Shown: positions 1-9,195 of the stretch, piece after piece
How positions within the stretch are numbered: position 1 is the stretch's first letter
How the letters are laid out: the number at the start of each line of letters is the position of its first letter
Assembly: GCA_951813565.1 (NCBI GenBank)
Contig: OX638351.1
Location: forward strand, 4,512,001-4,576,000
Reading direction: 5' to 3'
DNA from: an uncultured Poribacteria bacterium
Lineage (GTDB): Bacteria > Poribacteria > WGA-4E > WGA-3G
Length of the DNA: 64,000 nucleotides
Made by a program: the position numbers and the translations under genes
The notes under the pieces: model-generated
Database searches by the model: none
Seen by the model: the letters and a program-made list of their open reading frames with translations, nothing else
What the model was told of the DNA's origin: nothing

Positions 1-346
1 CCTTGACGAGACTTTTTCCTATTTGTTGATACGTCTCAGCAATACCACTTTCTCTCGCATGGCGGGGAAGAATCAGCGTATAGGTCAAATCCCACCCATG
101 CACGACGGTGCCGCCGCCAGTCATTCGTTTAACCAACTCAATCTTATCCAAACAGCACGCCTTAACGTCAACTTCTGAGTTAATATCTTGAAAATATCCA
201 AAACTGAACGCAGGTATTTCCCAATCGTAAAACCGCAACGTTGGATTTGGTTGGTCTTTCTGCGCGATCAGAATTGCTTCATCAATTGCCATGTTCATCG
301 CCGCGCAATTTTTTCCCATTATTAAGAGACGTCCAATAGTTCCCAT
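1..346 (-). CDS. Lipoate-protein ligase A / octanoyltransferase (LipM-like), 3' end runs off the window
   Basis: Hand translation from the ATG at 346: MGTIGRLLIMGKNCAAMNMAIDEAIL...PTLRFYDWEIPAFSFGYFQ...VKRMTGGGTVVHGWDLTYT. NMAxDE, LRFYxW and RxTGGGxVxH are BPL/LplA/LipB motifs. The start overlaps the upstream stop (TAATG). Confidence 0.9.
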   Translation of the reverse strand, partial: MGTIGRLLIMGKNCAAMNMAIDEAILIAQKDQPNPTLRFYDWEIPAFSFGYFQDINSEVDVKACCLDKIELVKRMTGGGTVVHGWDLTYTLILPRHARESGIAETYQQIGKSLVK

Positions 347-978
347 TAGGATAGTGCCACTCGGCAGACAGCGGTCGTATGTGCATCACAATACCAGAAA
401 TATCCGTCCCAGTAGGTCATGCCGTGCGGTTCAGGATGTGGTTCAGGTATCTCAATTTTGTTGAGATGGCTGCCATCTTCTGGATTGAGGTGATAGATTG
501 CGCGATGATTAGTTTCAACGCACCATAGGTCGTCCCCAACCCATGCAATGCCGTGTGGTCGGTCAGCTGGCGCAGGAATCGTGTGAATCACCGTGAAATC
601 ATTTTCAACGTCAACTTGATAGATCGTAGCAGTAGGTGGCACTGCAACCCACAGTTTATTGTCGCGCCATTCCAAACCGTGCGCGCCTGTTTGTCCTGCG
701 CCAGGGGTGTCAAAAGTGGCAAGTGTTTTGCCGTTTTCCGGGTCGGTTGAGAGAATTTCGCAACTATAGGTAGACGCAAGCCAGAGGTTTGTGCCAGTGT
801 GTGTGATACCGCTACCTCTATCAGAACCTGTGTTGAGTGTCTTTTTCACTTCCCCGTCATAAGAGACGAGATGAACTTCATTGCTATGTTGATCAATAAT
901 CCAAAGTCCTTCTTCGGTTGCTTGCAAGCCGTTAGGTTTTGGTCCTGGTGAGTCAAAAACTCTTTCGATTGTTGACAT
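346..978 (-). CDS. Beta-propeller protein (glutamine cyclotransferase/NHL/YncE-like)
   Basis: Repeated P-H-G-[LIM]-x-W-x-x-x-x-[LF]-W blades. Start placed at MSTIER, downstream of a GGAG. Confidence 0.7.
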   Translation of the reverse strand: MSTIERVFDSPGPKPNGLQATEEGLWIIDQHSNEVHLVSYDGEVKKTLNTGSDRGSGITHTGTNLWLASTYSCEILSTDPENGKTLATFDTPGAGQTGAHGLEWRDNKLWVAVPPTATIYQVDVENDFTVIHTIPAPADRPHGIAWVGDDLWCVETNHRAIYHLNPEDGSHLNKIEIPEPHPEPHGMTYWDGYFWYCDAHTTAVCRVALS

Positions 979-1113
979 GAGAAATCTCCACATAGATGTG
1001 TATTATTTGGGGTTTATTGTAAGCAGTTTTGAGAGGAGTGTCAAGGGATTTTTAATGTCTCAATGCAGGTTGAATATTAGAGTGGAAAACTTCGATCATT
1101 TTAGTGGCGGATT

Positions 1114-1325
1114 CTATAATTCTGCCAATTCACGTGCGTAATCAAGGCAGGCTTGAATTTGCATCGTTTTGAGGTCGGGGAATTGAGCAATGATTTCATC
1201 TGTTGTCCGCCCTGCTGCCAAGTATCCAAGCAGAAGGCTTACTGGAATCCTTGTGCCTTTAATACGTGGTTTACCCTTAAAATATCAGGTGTGCTAACGA
1301 TATGATCTCTCCAATTAATTGGCAT
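1114..1325 (-). pseudogene. DUF433 (VapB45-like antitoxin) gene with a 1-nt frameshift
   Basis: MPINWRDHIVSTPDIL / GKPRIKGTRIPVSLLLGYLAAGRTTDEIIAQFPDLKTMQIQACLDYARELAEL*. The span is 212 nt, one base short, with the shift near 1278. Confidence 0.85.
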
Positions 1326-1416
1326 GTGAATTTTCCTACTTTGTTGTGAAGTTTCCGTGTTTTAATGATTCGGAGTTCCGCACGCGAGAACTAAAACCGT
1401 ATTCTATCAATGACTG

Positions 1417-1641
1417 TTAACGTTCTCGACTGGCATAGCCCGGTTGAAAGTCGTTGATGAACCTTGTTAACCCTTCTCCTTCTTTCGCCAATTCTTTCAT
1501 CTCTTCAATGTCATCCTCGCCAGCACTCTCATAAGTGTACAAATAGATGCTGCCGCTCGTGAATTGGATTCTGATGAAATTAGATCCTGCTTCATAAGCA
1601 GCGATTCCCGAATTTCCGTGAAGATTTCCATAACGTTTCAT
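1417..1641 (-). CDS. KTSC-like small protein
   Basis: MKRYGNLHGNSGIAAYEAGSNFIRIQFTSGSIYLY...GLTRFIN fits the KTSC pattern. AGGAG lies upstream. Confidence 0.65.
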   Translation of the reverse strand: MKRYGNLHGNSGIAAYEAGSNFIRIQFTSGSIYLYTYESAGEDDIEEMKELAKEGEGLTRFINDFQPGYASRER

Positions 1642-1750
1642 GCGTTTTTTCTTTTGCACGTGTTTCCTCCTATGTGAGATCAGTAGTAGTAGTATCGTGA
1701 ATAATAGCACATCCGAAACTTTTTGTTAAATGAAATGACTCACTTTAAGA

Positions 1751-2178
1751 TTACGGGCAGGTATCTTTGGTTAGTAGATCCCGATGCGCTTTTCTTGTGT
1801 AAACTTTACCTTGAACTAAATCACGACTTTTAAAATCTGTGATCAGGTCCCTATCACCCTCTCGGCGAGACAAAAGAACTTTTACACCTGCTATCAGTGC
1901 CAAAGCAATAATATGCTCGTCATCTGATCTAATTCTATCTTTAAGTTCATTTGCTTTCTCTTGCACCCCTTCAGATACCAATTTGAGTTGACCAGCACGC
2001 ATAAGTTGGTCTCTTATGTGGATCATTCCACCTCTTCCCCATTCCTCTTCAAATTTTGGAGTATCAGCATAGACTAATTTACCACTTTTATTTCCAACCA
2101 ATTCCACACAGGTTCCATGTCTTTATCAGCAGGGTCCTTGAATTTATTGAAAGTATTCGCATCTAAAATCGCACACAT
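1751..2178 (-). pseudogene. PIN-domain ribonuclease-like gene with a 1-nt frameshift (probable assembly error)
   Basis: MCAILDANTFNKF...PVWNWLE / NKSGKLVY...RSDDEHIIALA...GDRDL carries the PIN acidic residues. Adding one A to GAAAT near 2090 restores the frame. Confidence 0.7.
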
Positions 2179-2181
2179 TAT

Positions 2182-3513
2182 TTAATCCTCAAATCCCATA
2201 AGCCGTTTAGATTCTTTGAGGAAAAAATTTCTATAATGTGGTGGAACATCTGTCATATTTGCCATTTCATCAAACCCGATATTATGCACATTGACAATAT
2301 TTCCTTTCGGTTTAAAATAGATTAGAGACACATCTTCGGGTTTGATGTTGCCTTTTCTGATTTCAATCCGTGCGCGATCAATTATATAGTCGCTATGTGT
2401 TTCAATGATAAATGAGCAGTTTCCTTGTTTTGCCATTTTTGCTAATAGAGAGGAAAATTCAGCTTGTGCCTTTGGGTGTAAATGGACTTCGGGTTGTTGT
2501 AATAAGAAATAAGACATATCTTCATATTCAGGTTCAGTGCCCTTGCGAATACTATGATTTAGTATTTGCACCAAAATTGGCAAAATTTGGCTTACACCGT
2601 AGCCGACATCTATAATATTAGAAGTAGGGCCTCGGACTTTGAATTGCAATTGGAATGGTCCGCCAAGGGATCGTCCAAAATTTTTTATTTTTATGTCCTG
2701 AAAAAGTCCCGAACTTGTCCCAAATTCGATGAGTTGTTGTTTTAGTTTCTCCCATTCCTTTTTTTGGGTTGCTTCTATCCGCATTAAATACATAGGGATA
2801 TCACTACCTTCTGGATCATCAAATTCCCGCGCCGGATCGTAAGTTCGTTTAGGTCGTGATCTAATCGGCGATGTACTAAACACAGATAAACTACCAAAGG
2901 AATCCCACGGTCGGTAATCACCTATTCCTATATAGTGAATCTTTTTACTTAGATATTCCTTTAAGGCAATTTCTGCATCAGATTCATATTTGAAATGGAG
3001 TGAAAGTATTTTAATATAAGGTGGAGTTAAGGTGTCAGTTCCACAAATTATTTGATATTGATTTCGTTCTTTATCATAAGAGGCTAAACGCACAGTCTTT
3101 GCGATTTGTTGTCCAGTTTCAAGAATGATTTCACCATCAACGAATTTCACTCTTATTGAACTAACAGTCGGCTCAATTCCTCCTTTTTTCTCAACAAATT
3201 CAACTGTCACTTCGACTTTTTCATTACTATATCTACCAGCAAAACTATATCTACCAGTAAACCCAAGCTTAAAAATTTTTTCTTTTTTCTTACTATTTCT
3301 GACAATATCTCGGTAGGTTCCCAGTGAGTAGGGATGAGGGTTAAAATCTAACTCGCCATGTCGTAAATAATTTGCTAATACATGGAAACAAGCAAGTGCA
3401 GTCGTTTTACCGGTACTATTTTCACCAACTAAAAACGTCAGAGGGCGAATTTCAAGTGTCTGGCATCCACCGAAACAACGTACTTCTTCCATTGTGAATT
3501 GTGTAATGCTCAT
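2182..3513 (-). CDS. ABC-type/AAA_21 ATPase with a DUF3696-like C-terminus
   Basis: Walker A GENSTGKT, signature GYGVSQ, QQPEVHLHP and H-loop ETHS. Confidence 0.88.
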   Translation of the reverse strand: MSITQFTMEEVRCFGGCQTLEIRPLTFLVGENSTGKTTALACFHVLANYLRHGELDFNPHPYSLGTYRDIVRNSKKKEKIFKLGFTGRYSFAGRYSNEKVEVTVEFVEKKGGIEPTVSSIRVKFVDGEIILETGQQIAKTVRLASYDKERNQYQIICGTDTLTPPYIKILSLHFKYESDAEIALKEYLSKKIHYIGIGDYRPWDSFGSLSVFSTSPIRSRPKRTYDPAREFDDPEGSDIPMYLMRIEATQKKEWEKLKQQLIEFGTSSGLFQDIKIKNFGRSLGGPFQLQFKVRGPTSNIIDVGYGVSQILPILVQILNHSIRKGTEPEYEDMSYFLLQQPEVHLHPKAQAEFSSLLAKMAKQGNCSFIIETHSDYIIDRARIEIRKGNIKPEDVSLIYFKPKGNIVNVHNIGFDEMANMTDVPPHYRNFFLKESKRLMGFED

Positions 3514-3586
3514 GTTCTCACCTCCACAAATTCAATGTGTCTTTACACGCCAATTAAGATTCGGTTCGCGGACATAGTATCGATCT

Positions 3587-3937
3587 CTAACCATCAAGTC
3601 TGGGGCGGTCAATAGACTGCGGAGACTGAAATTTACCTTGTTTCCATTCATTATAGATTAAAAGGACTCCAAATGAACAAATTGCCAAAATTAGCCAGTA
3701 ACTAATATTGGAAATTAAGGAATAGATTTCTATGGCCCTCATTTCACTTGTATGCGGGCGGTTTAATAAAAATCTAAAATAAAATTCGCGGAGACCCCAA
3801 TTGAAGATTCTACCTATTAAAAGGGAAATCCAAATCAATATAACACCCGCTGACTTTGTTCGGATGAATAAAAACAGCAAACAACCCATAAAAACCAATT
3901 GGAAGATAATAGTTATTCCGGAAAGAATAAAGTTCAT
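3587..3937 (-). CDS. Hypothetical membrane protein (about 3 TM)
   Basis: 116-aa ORF with three hydrophobic segments. GAGG lies upstream. Confidence 0.6.
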   Translation of the reverse strand: MNFILSGITIIFQLVFMGCLLFLFIRTKSAGVILIWISLLIGRIFNWGLREFYFRFLLNRPHTSEMRAIEIYSLISNISYWLILAICSFGVLLIYNEWKQGKFQSPQSIDRPRLDG

Positions 3938-3999
3938 TGTTAAGTCCTCTAATAGTAGAGATAGATTTGTGCTAATATGTTGGTCGCGTTAACTTATAA

Positions 4000-4473
4000 T
4001 CAGTTATATCTGTTGAGCCACTCTTTAATCTGATCTGCTTTCTCTGTTCTTCCCAATTGTCGATATGCTTGCTCCTCATATTTTAAGGATAATACTGGCA
4101 ATTTCATACATTCAAATGAAACAAATTCACGATACCTTTCCACTTCTACAGGGGATTCCCATGTGCCATTTGGTAGTTTTTTCTGTAATGCACCTATTAT
4201 TTCAACTTTTACACCTTCAATTTTTAATTCTCCCCAATGAGAGGCAATATTGTCTGAAACGGAAAATCTGACCCTCCGAACAACGTTTTCTATAAAAGCA
4301 TTCTCAATTTCATAGGCACCGTTCGCATCAGTCTGTAAATCAATATCGTTGATTTCGACTTTCATGCCGTGAAGCGCGAATCCAAGACTGCCGGTGATTG
4401 CCCAAACGACCTTGGTCTCTTGAAGTCCATCGTGGATAATTCTTAGAGTGCGCTGCTGTGGTGCTGAAATCAT
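4000..4473 (-). CDS. Nucleotidyltransferase-fold protein
   Basis: WAITGSLGFALHG...NDIDL is the GS...DxD NTase motif. Confidence 0.75.
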   Translation of the reverse strand: MISAPQQRTLRIIHDGLQETKVVWAITGSLGFALHGMKVEINDIDLQTDANGAYEIENAFIENVVRRVRFSVSDNIASHWGELKIEGVKVEIIGALQKKLPNGTWESPVEVERYREFVSFECMKLPVLSLKYEEQAYRQLGRTEKADQIKEWLNRYN

Positions 4474-4502
4474 TTTATCTAAATTGCTATTGTTCGAAAT
4501 CT

Positions 4503-7088
4503 TTATCCTGAGATATTCCTGAAATCAATACGGCGCAGTGCGATATCAATGAGTAATAGAATTAGCGCAGTGATAAGGAAAGGACGCCACAAATGAATCC
4601 GCAGAATTACAGGATTTTCTGGAGAACGAAATGCTTCTTCGGCAGAGATATTGAACTTTCCACCGGACACCGTTGAGAGTTGTGTGAGAAGCGATTCATT
4701 GGCGTTGTGAACGAGATATTCTTCAGGATAGGAGACAACCGTGCCTGTAACTTGTGTATTGACGATTTCTCCAGCCTGTTTTTGCATGATGTTCAAGAAA
4801 TAAGGTCCGACATCTTGCGTTGGGAAATCAAGCTCATATCGTCCAGGTGAGGTTTGTGAAATTGCAAGTTGTTTCTTTTTGAGATCAGGACCGATAAGGG
4901 AAATATCACTGTCTAATTCGTTTAAGAAATCTCCAGTTTCACTGAGTGCATCAATAGCAAGATGCGCAACCCCTTTCTCTTTAGTTATTTCTGCTTGGAA
5001 ATTACTCAGTGTTGTCTTACGCATCGTATCACGGACGAGTTGTGTCCAAAACTTGCCGTAACCGGGCCATTCTAACCAATCTGATGCCCATCGCGCTTTC
5101 GCATCGGATGTGAATGCGACAGCCTTTCCTAAGCCGTATTGCCAACTTGCCAAAATCGGATCACCACGGTCAGAGACGAGGAAGATTTCGGCGGTAGGAC
5201 GTGGATGTGTTGCCACGTATCCGAGGAGGAATGGTGCAAGTTCAAGGTCAATACCACTTAAAACCTGGGTCGGTTTGATACGTTGCGGTATAAAAGGTTC
5301 GTCAATGATAGCGGATTTGGAGGCAGTAACAGTTTCCTTAGCAAATATCTGAGGCACATTATACGGGTCTTGTGTAAAATAATCGCGCCCGCCGCCCCAC
5401 TTTGCAAGATCGCCCAGCATATTCATGTCAGCACCACTGCCGATGCCGACTGTGGAAACCGTGATACGCTCGGAATACATGGAACTTGCAATACCATACC
5501 AGTCTCCGGGTTGAGAATGCCCATCACTCAGAACAATAACGTGCTTGAGTTTAGCACTTGTCTCAGTCAAGGCAAAATACGCCTGTTGGAGTGCAGGATA
5601 AAGATTTGTGCCGCCACCTGCAGTGATTGACCCCACTTGATTCGAAATAAACTGTTTATCTGATGCGTCATGCATTTCTGTAATCCAGAATGGTGAACCA
5701 TCAAAAGCGATAACACCGATTTTATCGCGCGGTCCAAGCAGCTCTACGGTTGCACGTGCTGCCTCTTTCGCTAATTCAATCTTGATTCCGCCCATACTTC
5801 CAGATTTGTCAATCACGAGCATCATTGCTAAGGATGGCGTTTCCTTTTTCTTCTCAGTGTCGGTACGGACAGGTAAAATCTCCTCAATTGGGGTTTTATA
5901 GTAGCCGCCAAGTCCATAACTGTTCTCACTGCCGAGCATCATGAATCCGCCACCAAGGTCTTGGACATAAGTGCGGATAAGTTCCATCTGCTTTTCGTTG
6001 AGGCGGTTTGCAGGAACATCACTAAAAATAACAAGTTCATAGTTTTGGAGGTCAGCAAGTTCATGCGGTACCCCTAAGCCATTACGCACATCAACACGAA
6101 TCTTAGCATCCTCAAGCACCCGCATTAAATATCGGGTTTGCGACTCGTTTTCATCAATAAGTAAGACCCTGGGTTTACCAGAGACTGAAACAATACCGAA
6201 CGCCCGATTGTTGTCGTAACGTGTATCCTGTGTGGTACGGCAGGTCGCGTCGTAGGTCAATGTGCCGCTTTCCATAGAAGTTTCAGTGAACAAGACACGA
6301 TTTTCACCTTCAACAAGTCGTACTTCTTTTTTTGCCACCTCAAATTTGTTCTTATAGAGATTTATCTGTGCAATATCATCATGATTGCTGTGAATAAGCA
6401 CTTCCAAGTTGAAAGGAGCGCCTTGTTTGACCTGTGCAGGCGCTTCAATTCGCTGCACCATTACTTCCGGGTCATCACTTGGATATATCGGAACCGTATC
6501 AATCTGTATGCCGAAATCTTTCCCGCGAAGACCTGTGTGAATTGCATCGCCTTGTGTCTCAATGCCGTCTGTGATTAAGACAATCCGTTTGTTCGCATTT
6601 GCCGGAAAAACACTCCAAGCCGTTTCAATCGCTTGTGCGATATTCGTTGTGTCAGCTGCATCCTCATCTGCGTCTATCCAAGTCTGTTTCGTTTCAGCAA
6701 GATCTAATTTTTCTTCGGAACTTCTCTGATTTTCCAGATGAGCTGCCTGAAGTATCTCTGCCTTATCTGTAAACGCAATGATACCTACTTGTTGATTTCC
6801 GCTACGTGATTCAAGCGCTTCGTTGATGTATTCTGTTGATTTTGTCAAACCATCTGCTGAGATGCTATCAGAAATATCTGCGAGAAACATCACTGCAAGT
6901 TTGTCATCGGTTTTCAGATACTGGAGATCAGCTACGCTTAGGATAAGCAGCAGTACGATAATGATCCTGACACAGAGGCTAATTATTCTTTGTGTTCGAG
7001 ACAAGTCAACGAGGCTGCGCCGAAAACCGTAGTAGAGGACCGGCAATAAAAGCAGCAACAATAGCAAAAACGGTCGTGTAATTTCCAT
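4503..7088 (-). CDS. BatA/VWA and class I GATase-like domain membrane protein (MoxR-associated)
   Basis: Two MIDAS motifs (DISDS, DKSGS), GGGFMMLG, YGLGKAVAFTSD, and N- and C-terminal TM segments. Confidence 0.85.
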   Translation of the reverse strand: MEITRPFLLLLLLLLPVLYYGFRRSLVDLSRTQRIISLCVRIIIVLLLILSVADLQYLKTDDKLAVMFLADISDSISADGLTKSTEYINEALESRSGNQQVGIIAFTDKAEILQAAHLENQRSSEEKLDLAETKQTWIDADEDAADTTNIAQAIETAWSVFPANANKRIVLITDGIETQGDAIHTGLRGKDFGIQIDTVPIYPSDDPEVMVQRIEAPAQVKQGAPFNLEVLIHSNHDDIAQINLYKNKFEVAKKEVRLVEGENRVLFTETSMESGTLTYDATCRTTQDTRYDNNRAFGIVSVSGKPRVLLIDENESQTRYLMRVLEDAKIRVDVRNGLGVPHELADLQNYELVIFSDVPANRLNEKQMELIRTYVQDLGGGFMMLGSENSYGLGGYYKTPIEEILPVRTDTEKKKETPSLAMMLVIDKSGSMGGIKIELAKEAARATVELLGPRDKIGVIAFDGSPFWITEMHDASDKQFISNQVGSITAGGGTNLYPALQQAYFALTETSAKLKHVIVLSDGHSQPGDWYGIASSMYSERITVSTVGIGSGADMNMLGDLAKWGGGRDYFTQDPYNVPQIFAKETVTASKSAIIDEPFIPQRIKPTQVLSGIDLELAPFLLGYVATHPRPTAEIFLVSDRGDPILASWQYGLGKAVAFTSDAKARWASDWLEWPGYGKFWTQLVRDTMRKTTLSNFQAEITKEKGVAHLAIDALSETGDFLNELDSDISLIGPDLKKKQLAISQTSPGRYELDFPTQDVGPYFLNIMQKQAGEIVNTQVTGTVVSYPEEYLVHNANESLLTQLSTVSGGKFNISAEEAFRSPENPVILRIHLWRPFLITALILLLIDIALRRIDFRNISG

Positions 7089-7220
7089 AATCTTATGTTA
7101 TTTCAATGGGTTTTGATTAGTCTCAGTGGCAATCAGGTTTGGCGACTGAGTTGGTGGTTTGATACAAGTATACCACAAAAATTTGGCAGATGGCAAGGCA
7201 AAAGAGTGAACGTCAACATT

Positions 7221-7248
7221 GACAGGTAGATGCATGTGTCTACCTGCC
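7221..7248. terminator. Hairpin, probable terminator of the pseudogene ending at 7286
   Basis: gacaggtagatgcatgtgtctacctgcc forms a stem-loop just downstream of the stop. Confidence 0.4.
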
Positions 7249-7285
7249 GATGTTGGCGAACTGTTATATTCTGTTTGGGTTTAAC

Positions 7286-7773
7286 CTATTTCATGATAAC
7301 CATTTTTCGAGTTGCAGTTAAATCAGAAGTTTTCAATTGGTAAAAATATACGCCTGATGCGAGTCGTTCACCCGAATCATTACGACCATCCCAGTAAGCA
7401 GCACGAGATTTGCCAATATAAAACCCAGTTGTTTGGAATCCAAGTTCAAGATGTCGGACAAGATGTCCCGCTGCATCGTAGATGTTGATAGCCACATCGG
7501 AATCTTTAACTAACTGGTAAGGAATCCATGTTTCTGGATTAAACGGATTCGGATAGTTGTTGAATAACGCTGTCCTGCTGGTTTGAGTAAGTCTGGTGTC
7601 AGGTGCAATTCAGCAAATGCTCGGTGAATATCTTGTGCGTTGATTTGGTGCTGTAGCGTCCGAATCAATTTGCCATCTACATCACGAACTTCAATCATCA
7701 AAACATCACCAGCTGAAACAACTGGGTTTTGATTGGTATCTGCCCAGACAGCATGTGCTTTGTATGTATTTAA
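7286..7773 (-). pseudogene. C-terminal remnant of a secreted protein with a FlgD/T9SS type A sorting-like domain
   Basis: A frameshift near 7572 joins ...LTPDLLKPA to TALFNNYPNPFNPETWIPYQL...WDGRNDSGERLASGVYFY...TRKMVIMK. The fragment is truncated at 7774 by an IS982-type end. Confidence 0.8.
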
Positions 7774-7832
7774 ACGTGAGTTTGATAATTAGACCCAAAT
7801 GTAGATGTCCGTTGGGTAGAGCGAAGCGAAAC

Positions 7833-8224
7833 CCATAACTGTCAACTTAAGAAAAAATGCTGGATATTCTCTTGTGGGAGGGGTTTTTAACCCCGATTTT
7901 GTGAGTCTTATAGTAAAATCCGAAAATATGTTCACATTTCAATGAACAGCAATCCCCACACGCTTGCGCTGGCGAGGTTTCCTAACCTCGCAAATGTAAA
8001 GGTAATTGTGATTTTTACTATAACTTGTAAAATCGGGGTTAAAAACCCCGATTTTCTTCTGTAGGAGCGACCTCCCGGTCGCGAGCTGGAGCTCGCTCCT
8101 ACAGAATGTCCGAGGCGACAAGTCATGGCGAATACCACGCGTATTCGCCCAAGTGCGCTTGGCGTTGATTTGGCAATGAATTGCGCGACTACAAACGCTT
8201 TTTTTCTTAAATTGACAGTTATGG
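7833..8224. mobile_element. Composite MITE (CCATA...TATGG family) containing REP hairpins and a nested 114-bp MITE
   Basis: Terminal inverted repeats ccataactgtcaacttaag / cttaaattgacagttatgg. Related ends occur at 20452-20686 and 38377-38508. Confidence 0.7.
7909..8022 (+). mobile_element. 114-bp MITE family A, copy 1
   Basis: TATAGTAAAA...TTTTACTATA ends and an internal gcgaggtttcctaacctcgc hairpin. Near-identical to 35124-35237 and 59600-59713. Confidence 0.85.
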
Positions 8225-8472
8225 AGCGGTTAGGAAACCGCTCCTACCGTCCGGAAAATGCGATAAATCCCGTTAATTTGGTATAATAACTGTATTTTCA
8301 ACTTCGGTTTTGAGTGCGTTGAGAATAGATGAAAAACGTGGCGCGTTTTCGAGTGCCTCAATACCGCCTTCCATGTCTGCGGCGTGGAGGAGTTGAAGTG
8401 TAAAATCTTGTGGAGTTTCTTGCGAGTTTAAATCTACTTCATTATCTTGAGAAAAGGCGGGAGTAAGAAAAA

Positions 8473-8770
8473 GTCATAGTGACCCACTACCTAAAGGCAG
8501 GGGCTTGTGCTTCGTAGCAGTTAGCGTTTCCGAAGAAGCGTCTTACATCTGCTCCACAGTGGCTGCTAAGCCAGCCACTTGCCCGAAGGCAACTTATTAT
8601 TTTTGACACGTGATTTTTCAAGCGGGTGAGCATTTTTCAATGCGTCTACCCTAAACGTGCAATAGATGTTACAAAGAACTTTAGCAGTATTGAATCGCAA
8701 GGCTTTTACCTGATTGTTTCACTGCCGAGCGGTCTACCACCACATCAATCAGAACCGATGCCGACTGCTA
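8473..8770 (-). ncRNA. Putative TnpB omegaRNA/reRNA-like transcript
   Basis: The 3' part CTGTGGAG..TGTAAGAC..ACGAAGCACAAGCCCC-hairpin resembles tnpB 3' ends. A 10-bp inverted repeat (8679-8688 / 8764-8773) closes a 5' domain. A promoter lies directly upstream. Confidence 0.55.
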
Positions 8771-8775
8771 AAGAC

Positions 8776-8804
8776 AATATATCAAATTTTGGTGAAAGTG
8801 TCAA
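8776..8804 (-). promoter_or_regulatory. Sigma70-type promoter inside the mini-element
   Basis: TTGACA-17 nt-TATATT on the minus strand. Confidence 0.7.
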
Positions 8805-9195
8805 GGTTTTTTTGACACATAAACTGCTGAGCTGTCTACATCCCCTACCTAAAGGCAGGGGGTTTGACAGGGAGTGCTAAAACAGAAATTGAAAGAACAA
8901 CATACGTTAGAATAGTGACTCTCTTATTATACATCAGCAAATTCTCTCCTAATTCATCAAATCAAGTTTATAACAATTTTGGCAAACCTCTATATAGAGG
9001 CTTGAATATGGCAAAATTATGATACTTCAAAATTGTTGCAGGCTACTGCCACTATTTTGACTTTTTTGTGTTTATAGGAAGATGTATTTAGTATTGGAAA
9101 AGGACGTTTATAGTTCTTATAAAAGGAAATGTGTTTGTAGCATTCAGAGGGCACCTCACCCTGCAATCATATTGTTTGAGAATAATTCTAAATGC

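Larger units (their letters stand above)
8473..8876 (-). mobile_element. Non-autonomous IS200/IS605-type element (404 bp, no ORF)
   Basis: Subterminal hairpins CCCCTGCCTTTAGGTAGGGG (left end) and CCCCTGCCTTTAGGTAGTGGG (right end). Inserted 3' of TTAG, ends in TGAC, no TSD, and removal restores the host frame. Confidence 0.85.
8273..8934 (-). pseudogene. N-terminal remnant of a secreted metallophosphoesterase/5'-nucleotidase, interrupted by an IS605-type mini-element
   Basis: Removing 8473-8876 gives in-frame MYNKRVTILTYVVLSISVLVFLTPAFSQDNE...FTLQLLHAADMEGGIEALENAPRFSSILNALK, a signal peptide followed by 5'-nucleotidase motif I. Confidence 0.8.

Noticed and set aside
3225..3261. 18-bp in-frame tandem duplication in the ATPase (GRYSFA GRYSNE)
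   Set aside because: It is real but only two copies, and probably a neutral loop duplication.
7932..8138. Short ORFs within the MITE/REP cluster
   Set aside because: They lie entirely in repeat DNA found in non-coding contexts elsewhere.
8473..8876. IscB/HEARO RNA on the + strand, or an IStron group I intron
   Set aside because: The promoter, the TTAG target and the tnpB-like 3' motifs all point to the minus strand. I could not identify group I core elements or HEARO downstream motifs by eye. An Rfam search would settle it.
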